Assembly (NCBI RefSeq): GCF_029504745.1
Contig: NZ_JAQFIQ010000016.1
Location: 1 to 32,000 of the forward strand
Source: Breznakia sp. PF5-3
GTDB taxonomy: Bacteria; Bacillota_I; Bacilli_A; Erysipelotrichales; Erysipelotrichaceae
Direction: 5' to 3'
Length of the DNA: 32,000 nt
Positions 16,241 to 28,719 of this stretch are shown here, piece after piece. Position 1 is the stretch's first letter; the number at the start of each line of letters is the position of its first letter. Below the pieces are notes generated by a model. That model saw nothing but the letters and a program-made list of their open reading frames with translations, did not search any database and was not told the DNA's origin. Made by a program: the position numbers and the translations under genes.

Positions 16241-17085
16241 TGGATGACCTCCTTAGCATGACGAGTAATGTGACAAGAAATATTTACAGCAACTGGTAAT
16301 CCAGCAATATGTGTAGGAAAATATTCAATATTAATCGCCAATACCGTAGTATCTCCTTTAAATCCTTGAGGCCCAATATTTAACTTATTTGCCTCAGTTA
16401 ATAAAGTTTTTTCTAATTGTGCATATTTAGGGTTTGGATTTGCCATAGTAGCATCACGTAGGGTTGCCTTTTTTGCTAATACAGCAGCATAATCAAAACT
16501 ACCACCAATGCCGACTCCTACCACCATTGGTGGACAAGCATTTGGTCCTGCCTGCTTTATTGCATTTAGTACTGTGTCTATAACACCTTGCTCTCCTTGA
16601 GCAGGTTTAAGCATTTGTAACATTGACATGTTTTCACTACCAAATCCTTTTGTTCCAATTTCGATTTCTACTTGTTCACCATCAACTATTTCACTATATA
16701 TGATACAAGGCGTATTATCTTTGGTGTTGATTCTTTCATAAAGTGGATCATCAACAATTGATTTTCGTAAGTACCCTTGCTCATAACCTTGTCGAACACC
16801 CTCGTTTATAGCTTCATTTAAACTACCATCAATAAGTTGAACATTTTGTCCAATTTTTAAAAAGACGATAACCATTCCTGTGTCTTGGCAAACAGGAATA
16901 TGTTCTTTTGCTGCAATATCAGCATTCTCTTGTAAGAGTTTTAATGTGGTTTTTCCTAAAGGGTTTCTTTCATTGTGAGTTGCTTCATCTAAGAGAAATC
17001 GGATATCTTTTGGATAGTTAAAATTTATATCTTGTACCATTGTACAAACTTTATCACGAATGATATTTACACTGATTGGTTTCAT
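16237..17085 (-). CDS. Fe-S hydro-lyase alpha subunit (class I fumarate hydratase / tartrate dehydratase alpha)
   Basis: 282 aa. ...PVCQDTGMVIVF...GVGIGGSFD...C-containing motifs for the 4Fe-4S cluster. 4-nt overlap with the malic enzyme gene. Confidence 0.8.
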   Translation of the reverse strand: MKPISVNIIRDKVCTMVQDINFNYPKDIRFLLDEATHNERNPLGKTTLKLLQENADIAAKEHIPVCQDTGMVIVFLKIGQNVQLIDGSLNEAINEGVRQGYEQGYLRKSIVDDPLYERINTKDNTPCIIYSEIVDGEQVEIEIGTKGFGSENMSMLQMLKPAQGEQGVIDTVLNAIKQAGPNACPPMVVGVGIGGSFDYAAVLAKKATLRDATMANPNPKYAQLEKTLLTEANKLNIGPQGFKGDTTVLAINIEYFPTHIAGLPVAVNISCHITRHAKEVIQ

Positions 17086-18254
17086 TTTTTCACCAACTTG
17101 CTTTTTTCTGCAACATCTTGTACTGCTTTTGCAACTACGTTTACGACATTATTATTAAATGCATCAGGAATAATATAATCATCTCGTAAGTCTTTTTCAT
17201 CAATTACAGAAGCAATTGCATATGCTGCAGCAACTTTCATATCTTCATTAATTTTGGTTGCCTTTGCATCTAACGCTCCGCGAAAAATTCCAGGAAAGAC
17301 TAAAACATTATTAATCTGGTTAGGGAAATCACTTCGCCCTGTAGCAACTACTCTCGCGCCACCCTTCTTTGCATCATCTGGCATGATTTCAGGAATAGGG
17401 TTAGCCATAGCGAAGATGATTGCATCCTTGTTCATTGAACTAACCATTTCAGAATTTAAAATGTTTGGGGCACTAACACCAATAAAAACATCCTTGTTTT
17501 TTATAATAGTTTCCAAGTTGCCTCGTTGTTGTTTGGGGTTTGTGATTTCAGCTATTTCTTTTTGTACATCGTTCATCCATGGTTCACCAGGACATAAAGC
17601 GCCTTGTAAATCAACAAGCGTAATATCACAGAATCCAATCTTTTGTAATAATCGGCAAATGCTAATACCAGCACTACCTGCTCCATTGATTACAACACGA
17701 ACGTTTTTTAAATCTTTGTTTACAAGTTTTAGTGCATTTAATAATCCTGCACTAACAACAATAGCGGTTCCATGTTGGTCATCATGGAAAACAGGAATAT
17801 CTAGTTCATCAATTAAACGTTTTTCAATTTCAAAGCATCGAGGAGCACTAATGTCTTCAAGATTAATTCCGCCAAATGTTGGAGCTAAATATTTTACTGT
17901 TTTGATGATTTCTTCAACATCTTGAGTATCTAAGCAAATGGGAAAGGCATCAATATCAGCAAATTCTTTAAAGAGAATCGCTTTTCCTTCCATTACAGGT
18001 AGAGCGGCTTCAGCTTTAATATTACCTAATCCTAGTACTGCACTTCCATCACTTACTACAGCAACCAAATTACCTTTGCTCGTATATTTATAAACATTAC
18101 TTTTATCTTTTACTATTTCTCTACATGGCTGGGCTACACCAGGTGTATACGCTAAGGAAAGGTCTTCCATAGTATTGACTTCTACTTTCGATACTACTTC
18201 GATTTTTCCATGATTTTTTTTATGTAAAGCTAATGACTTTTCATACACATCCAT
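17082..18254 (-). CDS. NAD(P)-dependent malic enzyme (oxaloacetate-decarboxylating malate dehydrogenase), short form
   Basis: ...[10 protein letters not shown]..., [20 protein letters not shown]ossmann motif. The 390-aa size fits YtsJ/MaeA-type short malic enzymes. Confidence 0.9.
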   Translation of the reverse strand: MDVYEKSLALHKKNHGKIEVVSKVEVNTMEDLSLAYTPGVAQPCREIVKDKSNVYKYTSKGNLVAVVSDGSAVLGLGNIKAEAALPVMEGKAILFKEFADIDAFPICLDTQDVEEIIKTVKYLAPTFGGINLEDISAPRCFEIEKRLIDELDIPVFHDDQHGTAIVVSAGLLNALKLVNKDLKNVRVVINGAGSAGISICRLLQKIGFCDITLVDLQGALCPGEPWMNDVQKEIAEITNPKQQRGNLETIIKNKDVFIGVSAPNILNSEMVSSMNKDAIIFAMANPIPEIMPDDAKKGGARVVATGRSDFPNQINNVLVFPGIFRGALDAKATKINEDMKVAAAYAIASVIDEKDLRDDYIIPDAFNNNVVNVVAKAVQDVAEKSKLVKK

Positions 18255-18280
18255 AAAAACACACTCCTTTTTATCTTTTT

Positions 18281-18289
18281 ATTATAGCA
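18281..18289 (-). promoter_or_regulatory. Extended -10 (TGCTATAAT) for the malic enzyme operon
   Basis: The minus strand reads GTGCTATAATAAAAAG about 25 nt upstream of the SD AAAGGAG. Confidence 0.5.
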
Positions 18290-18324
18290 CGAGATACTTT
18301 TAGAAAACGATTAAATATAAAGCA

Positions 18325-18362
18325 AACTTATAAAAAGTATCAGTTTAAACGACTGATACTTT
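18325..18362 (-). terminator. Terminator of the VanZ gene
   Basis: 10-bp stem AAAGTATCAG / CTGATACTTT enclosing the stop codon, followed by a T-rich tail on the minus strand. Confidence 0.6.
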
Positions 18363-18813
18363 CTTTAATTATTTTAAATATACGATACATGAGATAGCCT
18401 ATGATAATACTTCCTACATTTAAAATAATATCATCAATATCAAAGCGACCCAAATTTGTCAGAAGTTGAAATACCTCAAATGATGAAGAGATAAGAAAAC
18501 TTAATAAAGCTGTTTTGATAAATGAATATTTATATAGATAACCAAGAAAGAAACCAAGGGGTAAAAAAGCGATTGTATTTCCTACAAGATTAAAAAAAGC
18601 ATTTCCATAAAAACCATATTGTATAGCTGAAAAGTTAGCTTGAATTGTTTCAAAAGGTACTAGATTTACTCTTAATGATATATTTGGATCAAAAATATTA
18701 AAGAGATTTATTCCTCTAAGACCATTATCAATCTTGATAATCACAAAGAGAAAAAGAAAAAGCATGTATATCATAAAAAGTATTTTCATTGGTTGGTTTG
18801 TCACTTTTTTCAT
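18340..18813 (-). CDS. VanZ-family membrane protein
   Basis: 157 aa with 4-5 TM segments. VanZ-like motifs NLVPF... and N..GN...F.PLGFFL. Confidence 0.75.
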   Translation of the reverse strand: MKKVTNQPMKILFMIYMLFLFLFVIIKIDNGLRGINLFNIFDPNISLRVNLVPFETIQANFSAIQYGFYGNAFFNLVGNTIAFLPLGFFLGYLYKYSFIKTALLSFLISSSFEVFQLLTNLGRFDIDDIILNVGSIIIGYLMYRIFKIIKESISRLN

Positions 18814-18869
18814 AAACCTACTATATCATATATTGATTAATTAATACCTTAATATTTTCTTAAGATATT

Positions 18870-18899
18870 ATAAAATAAAAACTCCTTTTTACAGGAGTT
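18870..18899 (-). terminator. Terminator of the S-component-like gene
   Basis: On the minus strand, AACTCCT-GTAAAA-AGGAGTT followed by TTTATTTTAT. It overlaps the stop codon. Confidence 0.6.
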
Positions 18900-19443
18900 A
18901 ACTAATTGCTGTTTGCGTAGCTTTTGCTGGTTTAGCAATTGCTTGATACACAACTTTAGCGATAAAAAAGTCGACCATACTATGAACAATTGTACCAATC
19001 CCTACTAAAACAATTACCGAGTAGAAAAAGTTTGATGTATCTGCTCCATTGAAGAAGAATGGCATTACAACTGCAACTTCACATATCGCATGGATAATCG
19101 ACAAAACAAAAGTAAAGACAGTAAACTGTTTTATATTTGTCAATAGACTTGGTTTTTTCATGATAGCATAACTACCAATGGTAGCAAACACAAGATGCGA
19201 TGCTGCACGAGCTACAACCGTGATTGGGAAACCTCCGAAAAAGAATCCAATGGTAGTACCAATACATACGGTTATTGTAATTCCAGGTGATAAGAACATT
19301 GCAATCATAATCGCTACATGACTTGCTAACGTGAAAGAAGCCGGTTCGATTACAACTTTAATTGGTGAGAACATTGGAATAATAATTCCAACAGCACATA
19401 ACATACTTGCTAACATCATTTGATATATTTTATTATTACGCAT
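18898..19443 (-). CDS. ECF-transporter S-component-like membrane protein; niacin-specific NiaX candidate
   Basis: 181 aa with about 6 TM segments and a small hydrophobic core typical of solitary ECF S components. The NiaX assignment rests on the NiaR-box-like operator in its promoter and on niaR being present in the window. Confidence 0.45.
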   Translation of the reverse strand: MRNNKIYQMMLASMLCAVGIIIPMFSPIKVVIEPASFTLASHVAIMIAMFLSPGITITVCIGTTIGFFFGGFPITVVARAASHLVFATIGSYAIMKKPSLLTNIKQFTVFTFVLSIIHAICEVAVVMPFFFNGADTSNFFYSVIVLVGIGTIVHSMVDFFIAKVVYQAIAKPAKATQTAIS

Positions 19444-19472
19444 ACAATTTTCCCCATTTCACACACTATCTT

Positions 19473-19495
19473 TACAAGTGTCATGACACATTATA
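19473..19495. promoter_or_regulatory. Candidate NiaR operator (TACAAGTGTCATGACACATTATA) centred on the perfect palindrome GTGTCATGACAC
   Basis: 12-bp perfect palindrome at 19478-19489. By my count it matches 19 of 23 positions of the streptococcal NiaR box consensus as I recall it (TACWRGTGTMTWKACASYTRWAW). It overlaps the -10 element. Confidence 0.45.
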
Positions 19496-19518
19496 CTAAA
19501 TATTATGTATTCATGCAA
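19490..19518 (-). promoter_or_regulatory. Sigma-A promoter of the NiaX-candidate gene
   Basis: On the minus strand: TTGCAT (19518-19513), 17-nt spacer, TATAAT (19495-19490). Confidence 0.65.
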
Positions 19519-19551
19519 GATAAGAAGTAATATTTGGAAATTAGTTTCACT

Positions 19552-19578
19552 AAGAAAAAAAAGGAGTTAATACTCCTT
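19552..19578 (-). terminator. Terminator of the licR-like gene
   Basis: On the minus strand, AAGGAGT-ATTA-ACTCCTT followed by TTTTTTT. It begins within the stop codon. Confidence 0.7.
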
Positions 19579-21493
19579 AAGGTTCTCTTACAAAGGATAC
19601 GAGAAGTTCTATGAATTCCTCATAGTCCCTAGCTGTTATGATACGTTTGATATTATCATTATCAGTTAGAATCATCGTCAATGTATCAAAGATTTCATTG
19701 AAAATATAACGTTCATTTTTATTGAAAGCTAGCATCAAGACTAAATTTACAAGTTGTCCATCCCAATCAATTCCTTTATCGCTTATCATGATATTCATAC
19801 TAGTTTTATTGGCATTCATCTTTAATGCATGAGGAACTGCAAATGAATTAAAGGCGGTTGTAGCCATGCTTTCACGATCGCGAATCTCTTGTTCGAAACT
19901 TTCATCGACACAATCTAGTTTCACCAGTTTTGAACACATATAGTGAATGGTTTCATCTTGGGTTTCTAAGGTTGAGTTTTTTTCAAACAAATCAGGCCAA
20001 GTTAATAAATGTAGATGCTTTTTAAGCATTTGTTTTTTCTTTTCAATTTTGATTTCATCAATTTTATTGCGAATTGCATAAATGTCTTTATCATTTAATA
20101 AAAAGCTTACTGTAATAGTTGGTATTGGCAATACAGAACTAATTGGAATTGTTGAAATAATCAAATCATAATTTGAAAGGTTTTCAAACTCTGTTTCGTC
20201 AGTGATAACGTTTTTCACAAGAATACTCGACGAAAAGTTTGTATTGATTGTGCTGATTAACTTTTTATTCATATCATAATAATTGGGACAATAAAGTACA
20301 GCATTGATTTTTGAATGTAGTGCTTGTTGTGTTTCAAGAGCACTTCCAATATGAAATGCAATATAAGCAATTTCATCATCATTGATATACAATCCAGTTC
20401 GCTGTTCAATGCTGTGTGCCAAATTTAAAGCTGCATCATAAATAAGTGGACAAGATTGTTGAATCCCATTGGACAAAGGGTTTTTACTAGAATAATTATA
20501 TTTGCTTCGCACTAAAAGGTTACGGATATGTAAAGCAAAACGTGTTAAAAATTCAGGTTCTGAAAGATTGATATAGTAATAAGAGTTTACTTCGTTTACT
20601 AACTCATTTACTAATGTCATACATTCTTTTCCAACTAAATTTTCTAGATTTGCTTCTTTCACATTATTATAATCAGTCGCATTTGCATGAGAAATCAATA
20701 ATAATGTAAGTTCATATAATTCCCCTTCGTTGTATTCAATATCAAAATGTTTTTCTAAACGATCAACAACGTTTTTAGCTAATTCAAATTCATGAAGTTT
20801 CACCATTGGTTTTTCACCTTCACTGACAAAGCTTGTATAGTTATGTTTGATTCGGTCAATTGCTATAGTTATATGCAGCACAAGATTTGTCAGTGAATAG
20901 TCATTTACGAAGTAATGGTATTCTTCGAAGGTTTCCATTACGACGTTTTTGATATATTCGATATCGATATCTGCGAAAGCACTTTGAACAGTTTTTAAAT
21001 TTACAAAGTTTACGCTTGATTCATCATAAAGAATAGAACTCATTAGTTTACGCTTGTTCTTCTCAATTCCCTCTAAAGATAATTGATCATTATTATTAAT
21101 AAGTTTTAAATCGAACTTTGCAACTTTACGTTTTACTTTTTTAAGTTCATTTTTTAATGTTGACATGCTGATATATAGTTCATCACAAAGATCAAAAGCG
21201 TCAACAGAATCATTTTCTTTGACGAGACTATTAATAATGAAATCAACACGATCTTGAGAAGATTGTGGGAGGTTGTCTTTATTTTCATCTAATATTTTTC
21301 CAGCTTTTTCTAAATCAATTCGATACCCTTCGCGTGAAGATATAATCGGATCTTGATAAAGTTGATTGATTTCAGAAATATAGTTTTTTACACTACGTGA
21401 AGAAACATCTAAAATACTAGCTAAATTATTTGCTGTAACCCAACCACTACTATCCATGAGCGTTTTTACTAAAATTAAATATTTATCCTTCAT
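19577..21493 (-). CDS. PRD-containing transcriptional activator of the LicR/MtlR/ManR type (HTH, 2 PRDs, EIIB-like and EIIA-like domains)
   Basis: 638 aa. N-terminal winged-HTH (WVTANNLASILDVSSRSVKNYI). PRD histidines (LHITIAIDR, FALHIRN, IAFHIGSAL). EIIB-like Cys (VLYCPN). EIIA(Mtl/Fru)-like FAVPHA. Divergent from the PTS operon. Confidence 0.85.
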   Translation of the reverse strand: MKDKYLILVKTLMDSSGWVTANNLASILDVSSRSVKNYISEINQLYQDPIISSREGYRIDLEKAGKILDENKDNLPQSSQDRVDFIINSLVKENDSVDAFDLCDELYISMSTLKNELKKVKRKVAKFDLKLINNNDQLSLEGIEKNKRKLMSSILYDESSVNFVNLKTVQSAFADIDIEYIKNVVMETFEEYHYFVNDYSLTNLVLHITIAIDRIKHNYTSFVSEGEKPMVKLHEFELAKNVVDRLEKHFDIEYNEGELYELTLLLISHANATDYNNVKEANLENLVGKECMTLVNELVNEVNSYYYINLSEPEFLTRFALHIRNLLVRSKYNYSSKNPLSNGIQQSCPLIYDAALNLAHSIEQRTGLYINDDEIAYIAFHIGSALETQQALHSKINAVLYCPNYYDMNKKLISTINTNFSSSILVKNVITDETEFENLSNYDLIISTIPISSVLPIPTITVSFLLNDKDIYAIRNKIDEIKIEKKKQMLKKHLHLLTWPDLFEKNSTLETQDETIHYMCSKLVKLDCVDESFEQEIRDRESMATTAFNSFAVPHALKMNANKTSMNIMISDKGIDWDGQLVNLVLMLAFNKNERYIFNEIFDTLTMILTDNDNIKRIITARDYEEFIELLVSFVREP

Positions 21494-21554
21494 AATCCAA
21501 CACCTTTATTGAGTAACTATCTTTATTATAACGTTCATTTGTTATTTTTCCTAA

Positions 21555-21587
21555 CAATTATTTTCACTATAAGAGTGAAAGTAATTG
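21555..21587. promoter_or_regulatory. 33-bp near-perfect palindrome, candidate LicR-type activator site 1
   Basis: CAATTATTTTCACT-ATAAG-AGTGAAAGTAATTG, with 13 of 14 arm positions complementary. Confidence 0.5.
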
Positions 21588-21608
21588 TTTTCACTTTGAT
21601 GGTGAAAA
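21588..21608. promoter_or_regulatory. Second inverted repeat with the same half-site (TTTTCAC-N7-GTGAAAA), candidate activator site 2
   Basis: Perfect 7-bp arms. It lies immediately upstream of the -35 element of the PTS promoter. Confidence 0.5.
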
Positions 21609-21615
21609 AGTGTAG

Positions 21616-21644
21616 TTGCGAGAAAAATTGAGTTGTTTGATAAT
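21616..21644 (+). promoter_or_regulatory. Promoter of the PTS/GH1 operon
   Basis: TTGCGA (21616-21621), 17-nt spacer, GATAAT (21639-21644). Confidence 0.55.
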
Positions 21645-21652
21645 GTTAGTAG

Positions 21653-21666
21653 AGAAACCGGTTTTA
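21653..21666. promoter_or_regulatory. Candidate catabolite-responsive element (cre)
   Basis: AGAAACCGGTTTTA compared with the consensus TGWAANCGNTNWCA: 9 of 11 specified positions match. It lies between the -10 element and the SD. Confidence 0.4.
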
Positions 21667-21679
21667 AAGGAGAATTAAT

Positions 21680-21994
21680 ATGAAAAAATTGAGTGTATTA
21701 TTAGTGTGTGGTTCAGGAGCAAGTTCTGGATTTATGGCTGCTAACATGAGAAAGGCAGCTTCAAAACAAGGATTAGAAATTGATATTAAAGCAAGAAGTG
21801 AATCTGAGATCGAAAACTATATTGATGAAATTGATGCTTTGATGGTTGGACCTCATTTGGCTTATATTCTTGATGAAGTAGAAGATTATATTCACGATCA
21901 CCCAGTAAAAGTAATTTTGATGAGTGGAGAATATTACGCTACGTTAGATGGAGATAAAGCAATTACACATTTAATGGAGGAAATGAAAAAATAG
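21680..21994 (+). CDS. PTS lactose/cellobiose-family EIIB component
   Basis: 104 aa. N-terminal VLLVCGSGASSG with the phospho-Cys in the expected position. SD AAAGGAG. Confidence 0.85.
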   Translation: MKKLSVLLVCGSGASSGFMAANMRKAASKQGLEIDIKARSESEIENYIDEIDALMVGPHLAYILDEVEDYIHDHPVKVILMSGEYYATLDGDKAITHLMEEMKK

Positions 21995-22031
21995 ATTATT
22001 CAAGTTGAGAAAATAAAAAAAGGAGAACAAA

Positions 22032-23291
22032 ATGCAAAAATTAATAGATTGGCTAGAAAATAGTTTCGCGCCAAAAATGAACAAGATTAACCATAATGTA
22101 TGGGTAGTCACTTTAAAAGACTCTGTTATGCAGATTTTACCATTTATTTTATTGGGATCATTATTCTGTGTTGGAGCGGTTGTAGAGAATTATGTTGACC
22201 TTCCATTTTCATTCTGGACACCATTTGGGTGGACGATGGGAATGGTATCATTATTGGTAGCTTTCTTAATTCCATTCAACTTTTGTGAGAAAAAACGTTT
22301 AAGAAAACAAAGATTAATCGCAGGATCAAGTGGAATTATTTTATTCTTAATTTCAATTACACCAGAAGTAGTTGCAGAAGGTGCACCAGGATTTGGATCT
22401 AGTGCATTGGGTGCAGGGGGAATGTTCTGTGCAATTGTAACAGGGATTTTAACTTGTATTGTATTTAACTTATTTGGAAAGTTTTCATTCTTTAAAGAAG
22501 ATAGTGCGATTCCTGATTTTGTACGTCAATGGTTTGATTCTTTATTGCCAATATTTATTATTATTTTTGGTGGATTTATCTTAGTACAAGTAGCAGGTGT
22601 AAACTTATATGGAATTGTAACTTCATTCTTCGAACCTTTAGGTGCGATGTGTAATACATGGTATGGATTTATTTTGATGAACTTCATCACGTGTTTCATT
22701 TACTCAATGGGTATTTCAAGTTGGGTATTGACACCAGCAACAGAGCCAGTAAAATTGGCAAGTATTGCAGCAAACATTGCTATGGTTAGTGCAGGGACAG
22801 CAACCGTTGCTAACTTGAATATGTATACTGAGACATTGGTTTATACATGTTATATGTGGATTGGTGGGATTGCATGTACGTTCCCATTAGTTCTGTTCTT
22901 GATGAGATCAAAATCTAAAAAATTAAGTGCTTTAGGAAAAGCATGTTTAGGACCAGCAATCTTTAATATCAATGAACCAGTTGTATTTGGTTGTATTGCA
23001 TGGAACCCTATTATGATGTTACCAATGTGGATTATTGGTTTGGTAATCCCAGCGATTACTTGGATTGGATGTAAGGTAATTGCCTTTGCACCAATTCCTA
23101 CAATTCAGTTTGATTTGTGGTACTGTCCATATCCAATTTCTACATGGATTTCATCACAAGGATCGATTGCAGCGGTTATATTCGTTATTATAACGTTTGT
23201 TGTTGCAGCATTGATTTGGTACCCATTCTTTAAAGCATATGAAAAACAATGTGTGGAAGAAGAGATGGCAGCTTTAGAACAAAAAAAATAA
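22032..23291 (+). CDS. PTS lactose/cellobiose-family EIIC permease
   Basis: 419 aa polytopic membrane protein. The N-terminus (...LENSFAPKMNKI...) and the NINEPVVFG motif are typical of Lac/Cel EIIC. Confidence 0.85.
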   Translation: MQKLIDWLENSFAPKMNKINHNVWVVTLKDSVMQILPFILLGSLFCVGAVVENYVDLPFSFWTPFGWTMGMVSLLVAFLIPFNFCEKKRLRKQRLIAGSSGIILFLISITPEVVAEGAPGFGSSALGAGGMFCAIVTGILTCIVFNLFGKFSFFKEDSAIPDFVRQWFDSLLPIFIIIFGGFILVQVAGVNLYGIVTSFFEPLGAMCNTWYGFILMNFITCFIYSMGISSWVLTPATEPVKLASIAANIAMVSAGTATVANLNMYTETLVYTCYMWIGGIACTFPLVLFLMRSKSKKLSALGKACLGPAIFNINEPVVFGCIAWNPIMMLPMWIIGLVIPAITWIGCKVIAFAPIPTIQFDLWYCPYPISTWISSQGSIAAVIFVIITFVVAALIWYPFFKAYEKQCVEEEMAALEQKK

Positions 23292-23312
23292 AGAGAAGGA
23301 GCGTGACTTATT

Positions 23313-23651
23313 ATGATGAGTGAAACAGTAATGAACTCAGCGATGCAGATTATATTGCATGCTGGTGATGCAAGAGTATCATGTAAACAAGCACTAGATG
23401 CAATTGCCGCAGCTGATTTTAGTACAGCGGAAGAAAAAATGAAAGAAGCGCAAGACAAAATCACGCTAGCTCATAAAGTTCAAACAGACGCAATTCAGGA
23501 GGAAACACGGGGAGAAGAATCTGAATATTCTCTATTGTTTGCTCATGCTCAAGATACGCTAATGACAATTTATAGCGAAATCAATATAGCAAAGCAGTTA
23601 CTGAAAATATTTACAGTATATGACAAAAGAATTGCTGCTTTAGAAAAATAA
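23313..23651 (+). CDS. PTS lactose/cellobiose-family EIIA component
   Basis: 112 aa three-helix protein. IILHAGDAR...LAHKVQTD...HAQDTLM is the EIIA(Lac/Cel) pattern. Confidence 0.85.
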   Translation: MMSETVMNSAMQIILHAGDARVSCKQALDAIAAADFSTAEEKMKEAQDKITLAHKVQTDAIQEETRGEESEYSLLFAHAQDTLMTIYSEINIAKQLLKIFTVYDKRIAALEK

Positions 23652-23656
23652 TTACT

Positions 23657-23685
23657 AAGGATTTCAGCAATGAAATCCTTTTATT
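23657..23685 (+). terminator. Intra-operon hairpin with a short T tract (possible partial terminator or processing site)
   Basis: AAGGATTTCA-GCAA-TGAAATCCTT followed by TTATT, located between EIIA and the first GH1 gene. Confidence 0.4.
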
Positions 23686-23706
23686 AACTAAGTTATGGAG
23701 GTATAG

Positions 23707-28051
<4,345 letters not shown>

Positions 28052-28053
28052 GA

Positions 28054-28653
28054 ATGTCAAAGACGATAAAAACAATCCTTGGTTTGTTCGTTGCGATAAA
28101 TTTGACTGGATTAGGTGTAGCATTGTTTGTTGGAGTAAATCTGGGATCGGATACCATTACGGTTTTGGTAGATGGTATTCATCAAACCTTTGATATGAGT
28201 TATGGAGCTGCATCGAGAGTTTATAATATTATCATGTTGATGATTGCACTAGCAGTAGCACGTAAAAGTATTGGATGGACGACCGTTGTTTATGCATTAA
28301 GCGTAGGTTTTTCCATGGATTTCTTTAACGAGGTGTTATCTATATTTGCAATGAATGACTTTTCATTAATTGCGAAAGTATTATGTATTATATTAGGTCA
28401 ATTATGTTTTGGTATGGCCTATGCATTGTTAATTATCTTTCGTAAAGGAATGAATCAAGCGGATGCGATATCCTATTATATTGCGGATAAAATACATACA
28501 AAATATGTTTATGTAAGAACTACCATGGATATCATGATGATTGTTGTCGGATATCTATTGGGAGGTATTGTAGGTATTGGTTCTATTATTGCAATGTGTA
28601 CAACAGGGATATTTGTAAATATGTTTTTAAAAATTATGCATTATGAGCAGTAG
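28054..28653 (+). CDS. YczE/YitT-like (COG2364-type) integral membrane protein, paralogue 1
   Basis: 199 aa with 5-6 TM segments. N-terminal ...ILGLFVAINLTGLGVALFVGVNLGSDTITV... resembles the YczE family. It starts 3 nt after the GH1-3 stop. Confidence 0.6.
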   Translation: MSKTIKTILGLFVAINLTGLGVALFVGVNLGSDTITVLVDGIHQTFDMSYGAASRVYNIIMLMIALAVARKSIGWTTVVYALSVGFSMDFFNEVLSIFAMNDFSLIAKVLCIILGQLCFGMAYALLIIFRKGMNQADAISYYIADKIHTKYVYVRTTMDIMMIVVGYLLGGIVGIGSIIAMCTTGIFVNMFLKIMHYEQ

Positions 28654-28672
28654 TTAAGACTACTGCTTTTTA
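28646..28672 (+). terminator. Terminator ending the PTS-GH1-YczE transcription unit
   Basis: 9-bp stem AGCAGTAGT / ACTACTGCT with loop TAAG, followed by TTTTT. It includes the stop codon. Confidence 0.75.
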
Positions 28673-28685
28673 TATGTTTTAAACA

Positions 28686-28694
28686 TGCTATAAT
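28686..28694 (+). promoter_or_regulatory. Extended -10 (TGCTATAAT) for the second YczE-like gene
   Basis: TGnTATAAT lies 25 nt upstream of the ATG at 28720. SD GGGGGAG at 28710-28716. Confidence 0.55.
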
Positions 28695-28719
28695 AGCAAT
28701 GTTGATTTAGGGGGAGTAT

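Noticed and set aside
17254-17925. 223-aa plus-strand ORF
   Set aside because: It lies entirely antisense to the well-supported malic enzyme gene. It has a low-complexity Ser/Pro/Phe-rich composition, no SD and no recognisable motif.
21494-21679. RAT/terminator antitermination element expected for BglG-type PRD regulators
   Set aside because: There is no terminator hairpin with an overlapping RAT-like sequence in the operon leader. The regulator has an N-terminal DNA-binding HTH plus EIIB/EIIA-like domains (LicR/MtlR architecture), which fits activation at upstream inverted repeats.
23105-23464. 119-aa minus-strand ORF spanning the EIIC/EIIA junction
   Set aside because: It is antisense to two strongly supported PTS genes and crosses their intergenic spacer, with no start signals.
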